From the NCBI GenBank assembly GCA_020137815.1, contig CM035350.1, positions 5,208,001 to 5,272,000 on the forward strand: a stretch of DNA of 64,000 nt, given 5' to 3'. The number at the start of each line of letters is the position of its first letter. Position 1 is the stretch's first letter. The translations under genes and the position numbers were made by a program. Shown piece after piece: positions 15,271-28,639 of the stretch. Origin of the DNA: Hormiphora californensis (taxonomy: Eukaryota > Animalia > Ctenophora). Below the pieces are notes generated by a model. That model worked only from the letters and a program-made list of their open reading frames with translations, was not told the origin of the DNA and searched no databases.

Positions 15271-17913
15271 GGTGATCGTTACCTTGGCTTCCGCGTCCTC
15301 GCCCTTCCTGATCTGCCAGCACTTGCTTGCTGAACTTTCACACTTGATATTTTAGTCTTGCTTCTAGCTACGCACATGTACAATTTCGACGACGACGAGT
15401 TTCCCTCCGCCTTCCGCTTCGCCCGTTGTTAACACACGCTACCCTTTAACGCCACACGTGAAGAAAAAACTATTATAAGTCGAGTCACACAGATCTGTGT
15501 AATATAAATGTGGCTAATATACACGTGTGTGGCTAATATTATACATGTATGTGGCTATGTTACATGTATGTGGCTAATATATACAAACTGGGCTATAATC
15601 CATCGCTGAATACAATATTCTACCTATATATGATATATGCTGACGTGTTTTATTGAGGTTTATCCAATTCATGAAGATCAGGTTCGGTTGATGATATTTG
15701 TGTCCAAGATTCTATCATATCTTATATATGTGTGCTTTATGTTATATGTGTGCTGGCCCAATTGACTCGCTATAGAGTTAGATAATGTTCATCATGTTCA
15801 TGTTCATTCCAAGGTAATTAGTTGGTAATTAGTTGGGTAATTAGTTGGGTCTCATCATCACAATTAGGATGATGATGGATATATGCGACATAAAGTCCTA
15901 AACGGTTATATAAAACAGATAATATGACGTTTTATATACATGCGGAATATTAAATTGTGTAATCTTGCGTGATTTGTGTGTGATCGGTATTTTCTATCGA
16001 AAGGTGTTCTCGGGAAATTATTAATTGTAATTAGTTAATCCTACTTTTCCCACGACAAACAGCACAATAACAAGCTTCACAAAATCATTCCTAATTAACA
16101 TAATTACTTGTGATTACGTGTGTATAAAACAATTGGGTTTATTAGGAAGCGGTTATTCGGCGCCAGTAAGGTGTGTGCGTTTGAGAGACGGAGGTGGTAC
16201 TTGGTTCACGCTGATGATTTAATCGTTATCATCAATTGAAATCGAGGTAGTCCTGGTTTTATATTAGGTCAAGATTAATGTATCTCATTGTGACACCGTC
16301 ATTGTCGATCAACACGAACGCGTTCCTCCCTCCCACCTCATCAACCCTAGATCCAGAAAACGAAGATTGTATTGTGTGTACCTAACTGGGAAGAGAGGAA
16401 TAGAAGACAATAAGTGACCAGTCTTAGTGCAGTGAATCACAATCTGCTATTTGATTTGAGGTCAAACCTAGTCAATATAGGTGTATTGTCTAGCAATCAT
16501 GTCTATCTATCTCACCCGCCCTTCGTCTATAGCCATCTTTCTCTCAATCTCCCACTCTCCGACCGGTTCTGCTGGCTTTAACACTATATATATATATATA
16601 TGTCTAAAGACTACATTGATCTGTACCTCGCACGGATATGCCTCAAATTGTGGCGGCCACCTCAGATGGAGGCATGTGAAAACCATCTCTCACATGCAAT
16701 GAATTGGTAGTACTGTCCATGGCGTAATGAGAACAGTTTAGTGCCACTAAACTGTTTCTATTTAGTGTTTCCAACTGCACTCTGTTATTATTGCAAACAA
16801 CTTGTTACCGAGAGAGCAAGTAGCGATGGAGCCAGTTTTACGCAGTGCTTACGGTAAACGGTATATACTTGATGAGACATGGCTAACTCACGTTATAATT
16901 CAACATGTCTTGACATCTGTCATACAACTGTAGTAGACGATTTGTAGCCACACTCTTTCTTGATCTTTGGATTAGCATAGGTCCAAACCCCCTTGTATTA
17001 AGTTGTCGATTTTTTTTAATAAAAAAATTTTTAGTCTAGCCATGTTGGTACTGCTGTATGCGAGTCTTTCACTGTCCATCAATTACTACGTTTGAATATA
17101 CGAGGTACTTTTATGAAAGTATTATAGTTGGTCAGTTTACTAGTCAATTGAACAAAACACACACACACACACCTGGACTTGGTGGCCTAGTAGTAGTAGA
17201 GTTGTACGTGTAAACGCTGTAACGTGGGGAGACATGCTATTCATCACAACCATTGCCTGGTTCGCATCTGAAGATGTGCTACTTAAAAACGAATTACGCC
17301 TCGTAAATTGACCCCTTCATTACCGCGCTTTGAAGCTCTCCAATCTTTTCGCGGTTCTTAATCTTCAGATTCCATTCATGACGAATAGGTTGTAAAATAG
17401 ACGCTGCCAGTAAACCCCCCTATAATCTTATATATATGCCTATGGAGATCGAGCCCGAGGTCCTGAATAGAGTTGGTAGCTGAGATCAGTACTTGAGTTG
17501 TGATAGAATGTCTTTGTGTTGCGACGATATTACACGTATCGACTATCGTACATATGTAGGCGGCAATTGGGAGCTGGAGCTCTACCTACAAAGTGTGGGG
17601 ATACTTGAAGCAGACTGTCGATCCCTTAAACGATGATTTATAGTGTTTAGCATTTAGAGACTTGGCTGGTTTAGGAAAGTTTATAGGTCTTCCTTACAGA
17701 CCTCCTAGGAGCTGTTTTAATAACACCCTCCAGATTTACTTCGTCAGTCTCACCTCAAATCGGAAGAGGCTTCAGATGGCAAGAGCCTTACTTAGCCTAT
17801 GTCCGCACCCATTCTATATTCCGATAGGGTCGCCATAGGCTCCTCCTGGCTCCTCCTCTGTCTCTCTTGTCTCTCTCGTCTCTCGTCTCTCGTCTCTCGT
17901 CTCTCGTCTCTCG

Positions 17914-17946
<33 letters not shown>

Positions 17947-18064
17947 TCTCTCTATATCTCTCTCTCTCTCTCTCTCTTCACCTCTCTCTCTTCCTACCCT
18001 CTTTCTGCTCATCCTCTCTCTTCTCTCTCTCTCTCTCTCTCTCTCTTCTGCTCTCTGCCTCTCT

Positions 18065-18108
<44 letters not shown>

Positions 18109-18245
18109 CTCTCATTCTCGATAGGTTTCAATATAAATACATTGGATTACCGCTGCAGCTGCAGTGGAATAGTACTGAAGGTCATGATTAGTTACTAGTT
18201 ATCTAATTAATAATTCATGTGCAGGTAATTATGTATTACGGTTTC

Positions 18246-18299
<54 letters not shown>

Positions 18300-19972
18300 G
18301 GCCACATCTGCATCCGCTCCTAACACACACTTGTTAGGATATTGTGCTTGTCAGTTTCTTTGTAGCCCAAATCTGCATTGATTAAAACAGTTTGGCAAGT
18401 TCATGTTATTGCTTGATCACGGATCTTTGAATTTCCCTTCCCCACATTCACGATTGCCAGGCTCCAAGACCCCATTGTTTGGTTGCAGGGTAGGTCCGCT
18501 TTGTGCAACACATGCTTCCCAATGGATTGATATTTAGTGATTTCCCGGGTATGAGAAGTGTGTTATAATAGACGGCCGTGCCGGGGGATAAAGAGATGGA
18601 AGTAATTTGGTGATGATCGTTCGCGGCTTCATTTGATCAGTGATCTACATGAGTACTGCAGTAGTAGGTGCATGCTGGATCGTCTAAATTCACAAATGAG
18701 CATGTCTTGATCAGCACACTAGGCTGCACTGCACATCTTGTCCTGTCATATAATAATTAGGCTCCTGCCTGGTTATATTCGTGCGTGGGAAGGAAGATAT
18801 CCAGATTAATAATTGGGAATCAGCCAACTTTGGGCGAGACCGCTTCATCCGTCAAAATTGTAACTGCATGTACTGATCCGATTAGCTAGTTTATTATGTA
18901 TACTGTAGAGAACCTGGAACATAATGTCTTTTGTAACACTATAGTTATACGTCATCCAAACCTGGATAGCACAAAACCCTTTCCCCGAGGTCTGTTGGTG
19001 ATTTGTCCTGGACAATACTGATAATAATTACTATTATTGTGATTTGTCATCATGGTAATAATGCTTACTAGGGTCCTCTGGTCCGCCTAGCTGTGAGTAA
19101 GAGTTAGGTTGAGAATTCACGAGGGAATCGCCCGGTCCCTGTCATTGTTGCATATATTGATACCACTGATATATCATCAGATACATTCTAAGTTGGGGCA
19201 TAAATCATAGAATCCGCGGCCCACTGAATCATCCAGTAGCAGCTTGACTCTGCGAGGCAGCAATTGTTGATTGATGATTTATTTTGTTCAATCTTTGTTC
19301 ACGTTATCAGCTCTTTTTCTCTCTGTCATTATAGAAACAGCACTGCCACTAACTATTAGCTCTAAAATTGTACCATTAGTACCATTACTCATTAGTATGC
19401 AACCCCCACCAAACTATCTAACACACACACACTAGTTATAGCCAAACTGGCTTATTGTCTTGTCATTATATGGCTGCTAGCTATATTTCACTTAATTAGC
19501 AGTTTTACCTTTGAGGCTCCGAATATACCCTTTCTGTATACCCTTTCACAACAGCTTATACACCGCTGTTTTTGCAGACTTTATTTTGTGTTCTAGACAC
19601 CCCTGACATTGTGTTGATGACGTATGTGCAATGAGTATATATGAGCTGGATCATATGAGAGAACTCATGACTTTTATCCGTCCATCAACACATCTTAAAA
19701 GTCAGGAGAGAGAGTGTTTTCTGTTTAAATCTGTTTAGTTTTACCAGCTTTCAGCAATGGATAGTGAACCTCTAGTGTCTTTTAAAGCAGGAACAATTGT
19801 CAATTTTGTACAGCCTGCTTAAATAACCATACGTGAATTGGCCTATATTTGCGCTAAGTACTTACTATTTTGTGCTCTAATTCTTGTGAGAGAACGTTGT
19901 ATTCAGCTTTGTATTTCTGCCATTTTTGCATATATGTTCCCCATATCATATCCTCTCAGCTCAGATCAGAGA

Positions 19973-20518
19973 ATGAAGAAGAAGGATCACACGACCAATC
20001 AGCAAGCAGCAGCTGTCCCGCCCTCCCAGGTTGTCAGATCCAGGCGGACGGGAGCCGTTGTCTCTGTAGACCCAACCACCCTTGCCCGACTTCACCGTGG
20101 TATTCCGTCCAGAAGTAGCCCCTCTCCCACGAGTGGCACGGCGAGTAGTGGGAGTCTGCCACCACCCGTTAGGAGGCCGGTGGTTAACAGAAAGGTGTCG
20201 CTGGTGGAGCTCATTGTGGAAGCTAAGCGGGACGAGGGGTGTAGTGATAGTGATACCAGTGGTGCTGGCAGGGGAGGAAGGAGGGTCAGGGGCGGGAGAG
20301 GTGGGAGGGGTGGTAGGGGCGGCAGGATGCTGGGAGGAGGAGGGAAGAAATCAACCAGCCTCTTTGAGCTGAATGAGGACGATTTTGAGGACAATCCGAG
20401 GGAAACCAAGAAGAAGAAACCGGCTGGAAATAAGAAGGGCAAGGGTGGGGGTATGAAGAAGGCAACCAAGCCTAAGATGAGCGTGCCAAAAGGAACTGGA
20501 GGAATGAAGGGTGGAGCT
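19973..20518 (+). CDS. Candidate innexin variable first coding exon V1 (182 aa; Ser/Pro-, RGG- and Lys-rich)
   Basis: Acceptor CAG at 19957-19959, ATG at 19973 (MKKKDH..), ends ..MKGGA|GTAAGT in phase 0. Confidence 0.7.
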
Positions 20519-20692
20519 GTAAGTATTTAATTAATTTTAAGTGAATAAAGACACCCATATTGTACTAACTTAATCAGGATAACGTAGATAAATCATTCAG
20601 ATCACACTCACCCTGTGTCTTTCAACTTGTGACGACCTGTCTGTGAGTGAACCAGTAACCGTCCTGTTGTTTGTCTCTATTTCTCTTTTCTT

Positions 20693-20737
<45 letters not shown>

Positions 20738-21490
20738 TTGCTTTCTCTCCCCTTTCTCTACCAACACGTGGAAACAATATTGGGTGGTGGGTAGGGGGTG
20801 AAAACAAAGAACCCAACAGCAGCTTTATCATTTCCTAGTCTAACAAGGAGAGTATTTCTTTCAATTTCAACCTCTCTCAAGCCTTGATTTGTGTCTCTCT
20901 GATCATTTGTGAACTCAATTCTTCCTATTTGTTGTCATTTGTTTGGAGCTCTATAAGCTCTTGTCAAGTGTCGCTGTGTCGGCAAACCTAAATCTCCCCC
21001 GGCTACACATATCTCGTAACAGGACCTGTCTTGCCCAGAAACATATCTGTCTTTTGGGTTTGAGTTTGTTGAGGCCAGCATGTTTTCAGGGGATTCCTAG
21101 GAGTTTGGGGGAGTTTCATCCAGGAGTTGGTTCGGTTACCAGGGACAACATACACTGATCAACGATTGGGACTGCTGCAACATGTCGCTGTTTTGTTGGT
21201 GTCAAATTCAATTTGGAACTGTATTTCTCTTGACGATAATCTTCTCTATTTCCCCATAGTTTCATATAATGCATTTATCTGCCGATCTCCTCCCCCTCTT
21301 TGTTCAAATCACATACATATATATATGCTCGCTAGGGTAAGTACTTCCGGTAGGGTAAGGACCAAAATGAAATACCTCAACTTTCCACAAATTTCACCCG
21401 GGAAAATAGGGATAAATAAAAAGAGGCGTGCCTATTATCACACCCCAACAACTCATTTCTGTCCATCACTGTTGTCCTTTTGCTCTCGCT

Positions 21491-21859
21491 ATGAACGGTC
21501 TTTCGTGTCACGACCAGCACAGGGTGTTGCATTCCACCATTGTCCATAGGAGGAGGAGGCGGTCACCTGCTACTCAACCCTCACCCCCTCCTGATCATGT
21601 AATTTCTGATGCTGATAAGAAGGACATATTGGATCTTCCCGTTGTTGAGAAGAGCCCTGCACAAGTGTCAGGAGCTGTTATAGTTCCCCTTGGTACGATC
21701 AGGGAAGATCTTGCAGAGTTTCTGAGGAAGAAAAAGAAGATTGAGGATGAGAAGGAGAACCAAGGATCGGATGATGATGATGACGATGATGATGATGATG
21801 ACGAGAAAAAGAAGAAGAAGAAACGGAAGAAGAAGATCAAGGGATCGTCTGGAAAGGGT
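21491..21859 (+). CDS. Candidate innexin variable first coding exon V2 (123 aa; poly-Asp then poly-Lys)
   Basis: ATG at 21491 (MNGLSC..RRRRRSP..), ends ..GSSGKG|GTAAGT in phase 0. Confidence 0.68.
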
Positions 21860-22672
21860 GTAAGTAACCCCAGAAACTAGAAAATGTCATAGATTAGTAA
21901 CTGTATGTAATTACTCTATGGAAACCGAAAGTTCAAATAAAATTCTTAGATATTAGTACACAATCTGAGTTTTCAACATTTATGACGTTGCACGAAACTT
22001 TAGGTCTAATTAGAAGTATCTTCCCCGGCAACACTGGTGTAGTACTATAATGCTCTTGGGCATTATATGTTAGTATGTACCTTCCTCAGGAAATGCTAGC
22101 ATTATAATAAGCAGACATTATTCCAATATCTCCTAATTTCTGTTACACGTGTGGGTGAATTCATGTTGTCGAACAACTGGGGGCCCGTCTTAGAAGCTAT
22201 ATGCCTTAGAATTACCCCTTACACCTAGGTACACGTCTGGAGGAGATGCAAGCTCTGTCTAATAGCTTTTCTCGGCACATTTTCCTCCCCCTTGCATGAA
22301 TTATACCGCACTTTGTGCCTGCAGTGATCAGCACCCTTAGCTGCCTCTCAGCTCGGGCCCTTGTAAAACTCAGACACAAAAACAGTTCGTACTACTGTCA
22401 TTGATTTGTTTGAATTCCTGGAATATGGTATCTCATATGATTAGGGCGAGCTTTCCTCACATGACCATTACTTGCATGGGTCCTCTTAATCATCACACAA
22501 TACACATGATATCATTAGTTCCTCACTGGTTGAATCTCAATCACTGCTCAATATTCTTTCTCAATCATCTATTATAGTTGTGGTGCTAGTATACGATATT
22601 CAAAGAACGAATATTCCACTCCAGTATCATCTAATACATCGCCTCTCTCTCGTTCTCTCTCTCTCTCTCTCA

Positions 22673-22717
<45 letters not shown>

Positions 22718-22943
22718 CTCTCTCTCTCTCTCTCTGTCAAGCAATGTGTGTCTATATCAATGCTCACGAAAAGTGATCATTGCCCGGGCCACTGTCATAT
22801 TTGATTGGTTCTCTCCCTATTGTTCATTTGCAACCTCTATGATTCTTTCTTCAATCTGATCCTGTGATTGAGCTAGGTGAACGCGTTACAACAACTGTGA
22901 CTAGAAAGAATAGAAGCACACACATTTAGATTGACACATGGAT

Positions 22944-23108
<165 letters not shown>

Positions 23109-23430
23109 GAGAGAGAGAGGGGGGGGGGTGAGAGAGATCATTCAATCACAGCGAGCAGGTTGTGTCCACCACATTTCGCCGCCGTTTACCCTTAGTGATA
23201 TCGCTCATATTCTATACCCATTATAGTCTATAGTTCTCTTTCAGCTCCCTAATCTCTCACCTTTTATTCAGGCCTATTCATTGTGCAATGTTGCGAGATT
23301 ACTAAATTGCACCCGCTTCTCTGATCCCCACTCTCTCGTCCTCTGTGTGTATCTATAAAATGGTTCCAGTCGTGCCGACCATTCGATACCGCCACAAGCT
23401 GCAGCAGTTCCATCGTTAATCAGTGTGTGT

Positions 23431-23487
23431 GTTCCCTGGCAACCAATCAAAGGAGAGTTGTTGTTACCTTGGTAACGCGTGACGTCA
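23431..23487 (+). promoter_or_regulatory. Cluster of two RFX X-box-like sites, a CCAAT and a CRE at the start of variable exon V3
   Basis: GTTCCCTGGCAAC (23431-23443), CCAAT (23443-23447), GTTACCTTGGTAAC (23463-23476), TGACGTCA (23480-23487). Confidence 0.5.
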
Positions 23488-24077
23488 TGAATATTCTTGT
23501 GGAGAGATTGTGGTATTACGTCCAATCTAACCCCAACCTGACAAGGCGTATTGAGCCCATAGCCCCGGGTAGTGATCAGTGGATCATGCTCAACACCATG
23601 GCCGACCTCTGTATTGGAGGGGAACTCTGGTGCGAGAGCTTGGAACCAGATTTTGGGTTGGAGTTCGGTGATGGCAACATGGGCCGGAACTGCAAGGCCA
23701 AAACCCGGGGAGGTCGGAATATGGGAGGTCGAAGAAACATGAAGGGAGGTCGGAACAAGAACATGCGGAGACACGGCATGATGCGGCAAAGTATGGTCCG
23801 ACGAACCATGATGCACGCGGAGGGCAATACTGGTGGTGGGTTTGTCCTGGGTGGCAAACGCTTTCCAGGGCTACGGGGTGGTGTTGGGAAACACCATGGT
23901 GACCATCACCACGGTGATCACCATGGTAGTGACCATGACCCTGAACACCCTGAACACCATCATGAGGGTGTTGAACATCATCATGATCACCATAACGGGC
24001 ACGGAGCACACCATCACCACCATGGAGACCTGCCACCCGATCAGAAACTCTCCAATCTGGATTGCTTTGCTGAAATA
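23487..24077 (+). CDS. Candidate innexin variable first coding exon V3 (up to 197 aa; R/M/G-rich, then His-rich)
   Basis: ATG at 23487 (or a downstream Met), ends ..LDCFAEI|GTGAGT in phase 0. Confidence 0.68.
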
Positions 24078-24764
24078 GTGAGTAGTTCATATTGTGTGTT
24101 GAAGGTTCATATCTCACACCTCATGCACCTTCTCTCATAATAGGAATTCAACAAAATTATCTTTTTGATTGGTAACATATATTTGTTATGAACTTCTTAT
24201 GAAACTCAGCACCTCTCCCTACACATGTCTACCGCTAAAAGCACATGCTATGTGTGATTTAATCGAAATTATGCTGATCTCTGTGCCATCTCTGTTATTC
24301 ATATGTGCTGGGAGCTGAAGCATTATACCAAAGATTCGTAAACACATTGCTCACGTGCAGATTATACCAATTACTTATCTCTGCCTGTGTTGCTATTAAC
24401 TGCTGAATACGATTAGTTAGTGCTGAACTGCCAAGGAACGTTGGTAAACGCAGCTATAAATGATAAATGAGTGGTGAGTTTGCTTGCTAGGTTCAAGAGT
24501 GGTTCAGATGGGGACGTCTGGGGGAGCCAATTTGTGTGTTGGTTTAATCGGCAAGATTAAAAAGAAATTGTCATTATTAGAATAGTGTTAGATCTGCAAC
24601 AATTTCTAACTCATCATCATTATATTCATCTTCTACAATTTCTCTCCCTATTTCTATCTGTATCTCCCTCCATCTCTCTAATTTCTCTCCCTCTTTCTCT
24701 CTTTCTTTCATCTCTTTCGATCTTTCTCTCCCTCCTTCTCTATCTATCTCTCCCTCCTTCTCTA

Positions 24765-24829
<65 letters not shown>

Positions 24830-25114
24830 TCCAACACGTGCTAGATCTAGCTGTCTCTCATGTGTGAGTATCATTGTTCAAAGCATTCGTATTTTCGTTT
24901 GGCTCGTGCACTATGATTACCCTTTCACGATCACGCCATCAGACCATCGGATTCTCTCTTTCAAATCTGAGAGTTTGAATATCTCTCACACTCTTTCGCT
25001 TCTGATCTCTTTCGCTTACCTTTCTCATGACAGGGAAAGCTTTCAGCCAGATTATTTGTGGTCTTATGCTGCTTGGAGGATGGATGTGGGATAGTGAAAT
25101 TGAAAGATATAAAC

Positions 25115-25183
<69 letters not shown>

Positions 25184-25332
25184 GAGAGAGAGAGAGAGAG
25201 AGAGAACGAGGGGAGAAAGTGAGAAGTTGCTTGTCGTCATAATCATTGCACGTTTCCGAGTTTAGCTTTCCCCTCGCATTTCCTTGTCTCGTTTACTTTA
25301 GCTCAGGTCGAAGATCTACAACCCGGCACATC

Positions 25333-25653
25333 ATGCCTCGTGGTTTTGGTGGAGGGGGCATGAAGGGTGGAAGGGCCATGACTCAGCAAAATAAGGTCGT
25401 GATTGAGAAGGCCAAGGCAAACAAGGCCCTTGGGATTGGAACGAAGAAGGCGGCTAACACACCCTCAGTTCGAAAGAGGAGGGCAGTGGACAATAAGAGC
25501 CCTAAAGGTCGGAGGGGAAGTAAAGCCGGGACGGAGGGAAGTGACATTGATTTGGACAGTGCAAGTGATTTGTTCGCATCAAGTTCAGAGTCACCTGCGG
25601 AAAGTACTGGTTTCCTGGACACCCTCGGCGAGATGGGTGGAGGCGCAGGTGGG
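25333..25653 (+). CDS. Candidate innexin variable first coding exon V4 (107 aa; basic, then Ser/Asp-rich)
   Basis: Acceptor TAG ending at 25301, ATG at 25333 (MPRGFGG..), ends ..GGGAGG|GTAAGT in phase 0. Confidence 0.7.
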
Positions 25654-27608
25654 GTAAGTAACTCACTTGAATTATTTCCTGTATTGGTTGCATGGAGTTT
25701 AGGTATTTTCATTTAACATTTAAGATGTATTACATGCACGCGACGTGGCCCTGTTTTCCACGAAATTAAACAAAGGTAAGCTCATGATTTCAAAAAGAAC
25801 ACCCATTTTGCATAAACCTGGACCCATAAACAATGTTTATGTATGTAGGCTGTTTCCTCCTTGCAAAAACATATACTTAGACCCCCTATATTTTCGTATC
25901 TTTTGTTATCCGGGGGGCGATTCTCATTACTTCCTGGTCTCAGCTCCTGCTTTTCTCCATTACGTAACATTACGGATCTAGAGAGTTTTTTGAATTGTTC
26001 ATACTTTCTTTTTATTCTAAAAATCACGCGGAGCACGGAGACAGTGTCAAGCGACTCAAAGAGTTGTTGCGAACAAAATGTTATTATATCTAGACAGTTA
26101 TTGTTCACTTTACTGCCCCCTTTTGTTTCGTATCAGCTCCATCCTGTGAACACGGCTCCATCCTGGGAACTTCCTTTTTTACCTAATTTAGTGGTGGGAT
26201 GTTAGTTATTGCAGTACCATTTCCATTTTCCATATTATGCTCACTAGTAAACCCGTTCGCCCTACGGGCGAATTTCAGGGAAATGGTAGCTGAATTAGGA
26301 AAACTGACATCTTTTGGACAATTACAGTCTCGCAAATGTCACCAATCTCGAACTGTTGACACCATCTTACACCATCTTAAGTTACGGTACCGTAAAAGGA
26401 GCTCAGGCGGGATCGCTGCGAGTTTTAGAACGTCAGATGATGATGATCAAAATGGAAAAAGAACTAACTGTTTTGCAGACTCCTCGTGTTACGTCTGTGT
26501 GCAGCATCCATCTGCCTTGATCTCTGAGACTGATCATCGGTTCGGTTTAACCTCCGTCTTGTTCGTTCTGTTGGTGTTACCGCACGCCTCAGTGTATGGA
26601 AAAGTAGAGAACGGTGGTCGGATCTTGCATGAGTAACTCCAATTGTCGCTGTCGTATATTAACTGTTGTTGAAGAGAGCATAGTAGCCGGAACAGTGACG
26701 CAAAGCAAAGCAAGATCAGATGCACGTGCAACTGCAGTACATTAGCAACAATCCTTGGTAACAGCTCCCATCCCTGGCTCCACTCCAGCTAGTAGTACTC
26801 CACCTCTAAACCTGCACGTGCAAAATGCCATATTTGGTAAAAAACGTTACACATCATTTCCCTATTTGCTTTAATAATAGTATGATTCCGTTATATGCTT
26901 GTTATGTTCTAACCCTCATTTACGCGCAAAACACAGTCTAGCTAGGCAATTATATGCGAGCTCTATATGTGTGCCCATGTCACTACTACTAACGATGAAT
27001 TAGTTCATAACTCGTCCAGTCTATCATCTCGCACGGCCTCCCAAACTATATAGGAACAGTACCAGTTCGTCTTATAACGTCAGTAGATTAGAAGTTTCTA
27101 TTACTCGACTGATAGGGCAAGGCTCGGCCTAATAATAAATGGTGCCCTCAGCCCTGGCCCTGTCTGGCCACATGTGGTCATTTATAGGCACGTGCAGAGC
27201 TACTGCACAGCTTTTAGCTTGGAAACTTTATGGGGGCTGTTATTATACCCATGAATTAACGATAAATGTACTAGATATTGTCAGTTCCTGTATAGTTTGA
27301 CCTCTAGCTCTCATGTTGTTGCGTGTTATCTTGGTATGCAGTGATAATCAATCTGTGTTAACAGGGGGATATCACACTCTACTCGAAACTCGCTCTCTAA
27401 TCCCATGCGTATCGCTCATTTCTTTTTATTATCCAATGCGTATCGCTTATTTCTCTCTCTAATCCCACTCATTTCTCTCCCTATAGTTCCATATTGCCTG
27501 TATCTAGCTCCTTACATTGCGTGTTGTTGTCAAACTACTAGGACACAAGCAATGAGTTATTACTTCTGGTGTTGCAGTGCGGGGGTCACTAGTGGCGCCT
27601 CCCCCCTC

Positions 27609-27692
<84 letters not shown>

Positions 27693-28422
27693 GCTGATCA
27701 ATCCAATCAGTCGGATGAAAAAGTGCTTACAGATCCCTACATTAGTAGGGAGGGAGATAGAGAAGGATTCATATTTGTAAGAGAGTGAGAGAGAGAAGGA
27801 TCTTATTTGTAAGAGAGTGAGAGAGAGAGAGTGAGAATTCATTTCAGTAAAAGATATTATCATGCAGCCAGAATGAATGAAAAAGCAACATGGGGCGCAT
27901 ATACTTTTCTTCAATACAAATCGCTACGTGGACCGTACGTTATTTTCTTCTAACGAAAAAGTATATTCGTCTCTCTAGTGTGATCTTCCATTTGTTAGAT
28001 AGGTGTCACGCACATATTAGTGGTTGTTCAATTTGACATGAGACAAGTTAAATCTGGAAATTAAGGGCAGTCTACATACACACAGAACAATAATTCGAGT
28101 GGTAATTTGCCGGTACTGTTCTCTGTTCATCGAGAGCTCTTTAATATTTTACTCCTCCTTGTAACGTTTGATGGTTCATTCCGTTTTGTTTCGATTGAGG
28201 TCAATGTACCATTAAAAGTTTCCTTTTGAGAGGAAGTCCATTTAAGATTATCCTTCCTGTTCCCTCATAATCTGTTTCCATGACCGCTATGACCGCTCTG
28301 ATTCTTCTTATCGGTGCGGTTGATTCGTCTAGTTTTATCAGCATAAGTTGATTTATCAAGCCATTAATGTTAATGACTAAGTTATTTTCCTCGCTCACTC
28401 TCCTCCTCCTCTCTCTCTCTCC

Positions 28423-28487
<65 letters not shown>

Positions 28488-28562
28488 ATCTATACGGCCT
28501 TTGTGTGCCAACATGTGTCCATTAAATGCTTTATGTAGTTTAGAATACCTAGAGTTTTGTTT

Positions 28563-28639
<77 letters not shown>

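Noticed and set aside
19072-19092. Possible 21-nt microexon (TAG|GGTCCTCTGGTCCGCCTAGCT|GTGAGT)
   Set aside because: No ATG and too short to distinguish from chance without transcripts.
25730-26840. Cluster of 100-145-aa ORFs, possibly a transposon remnant
   Set aside because: No recognisable transposase motif or clear terminal repeats.
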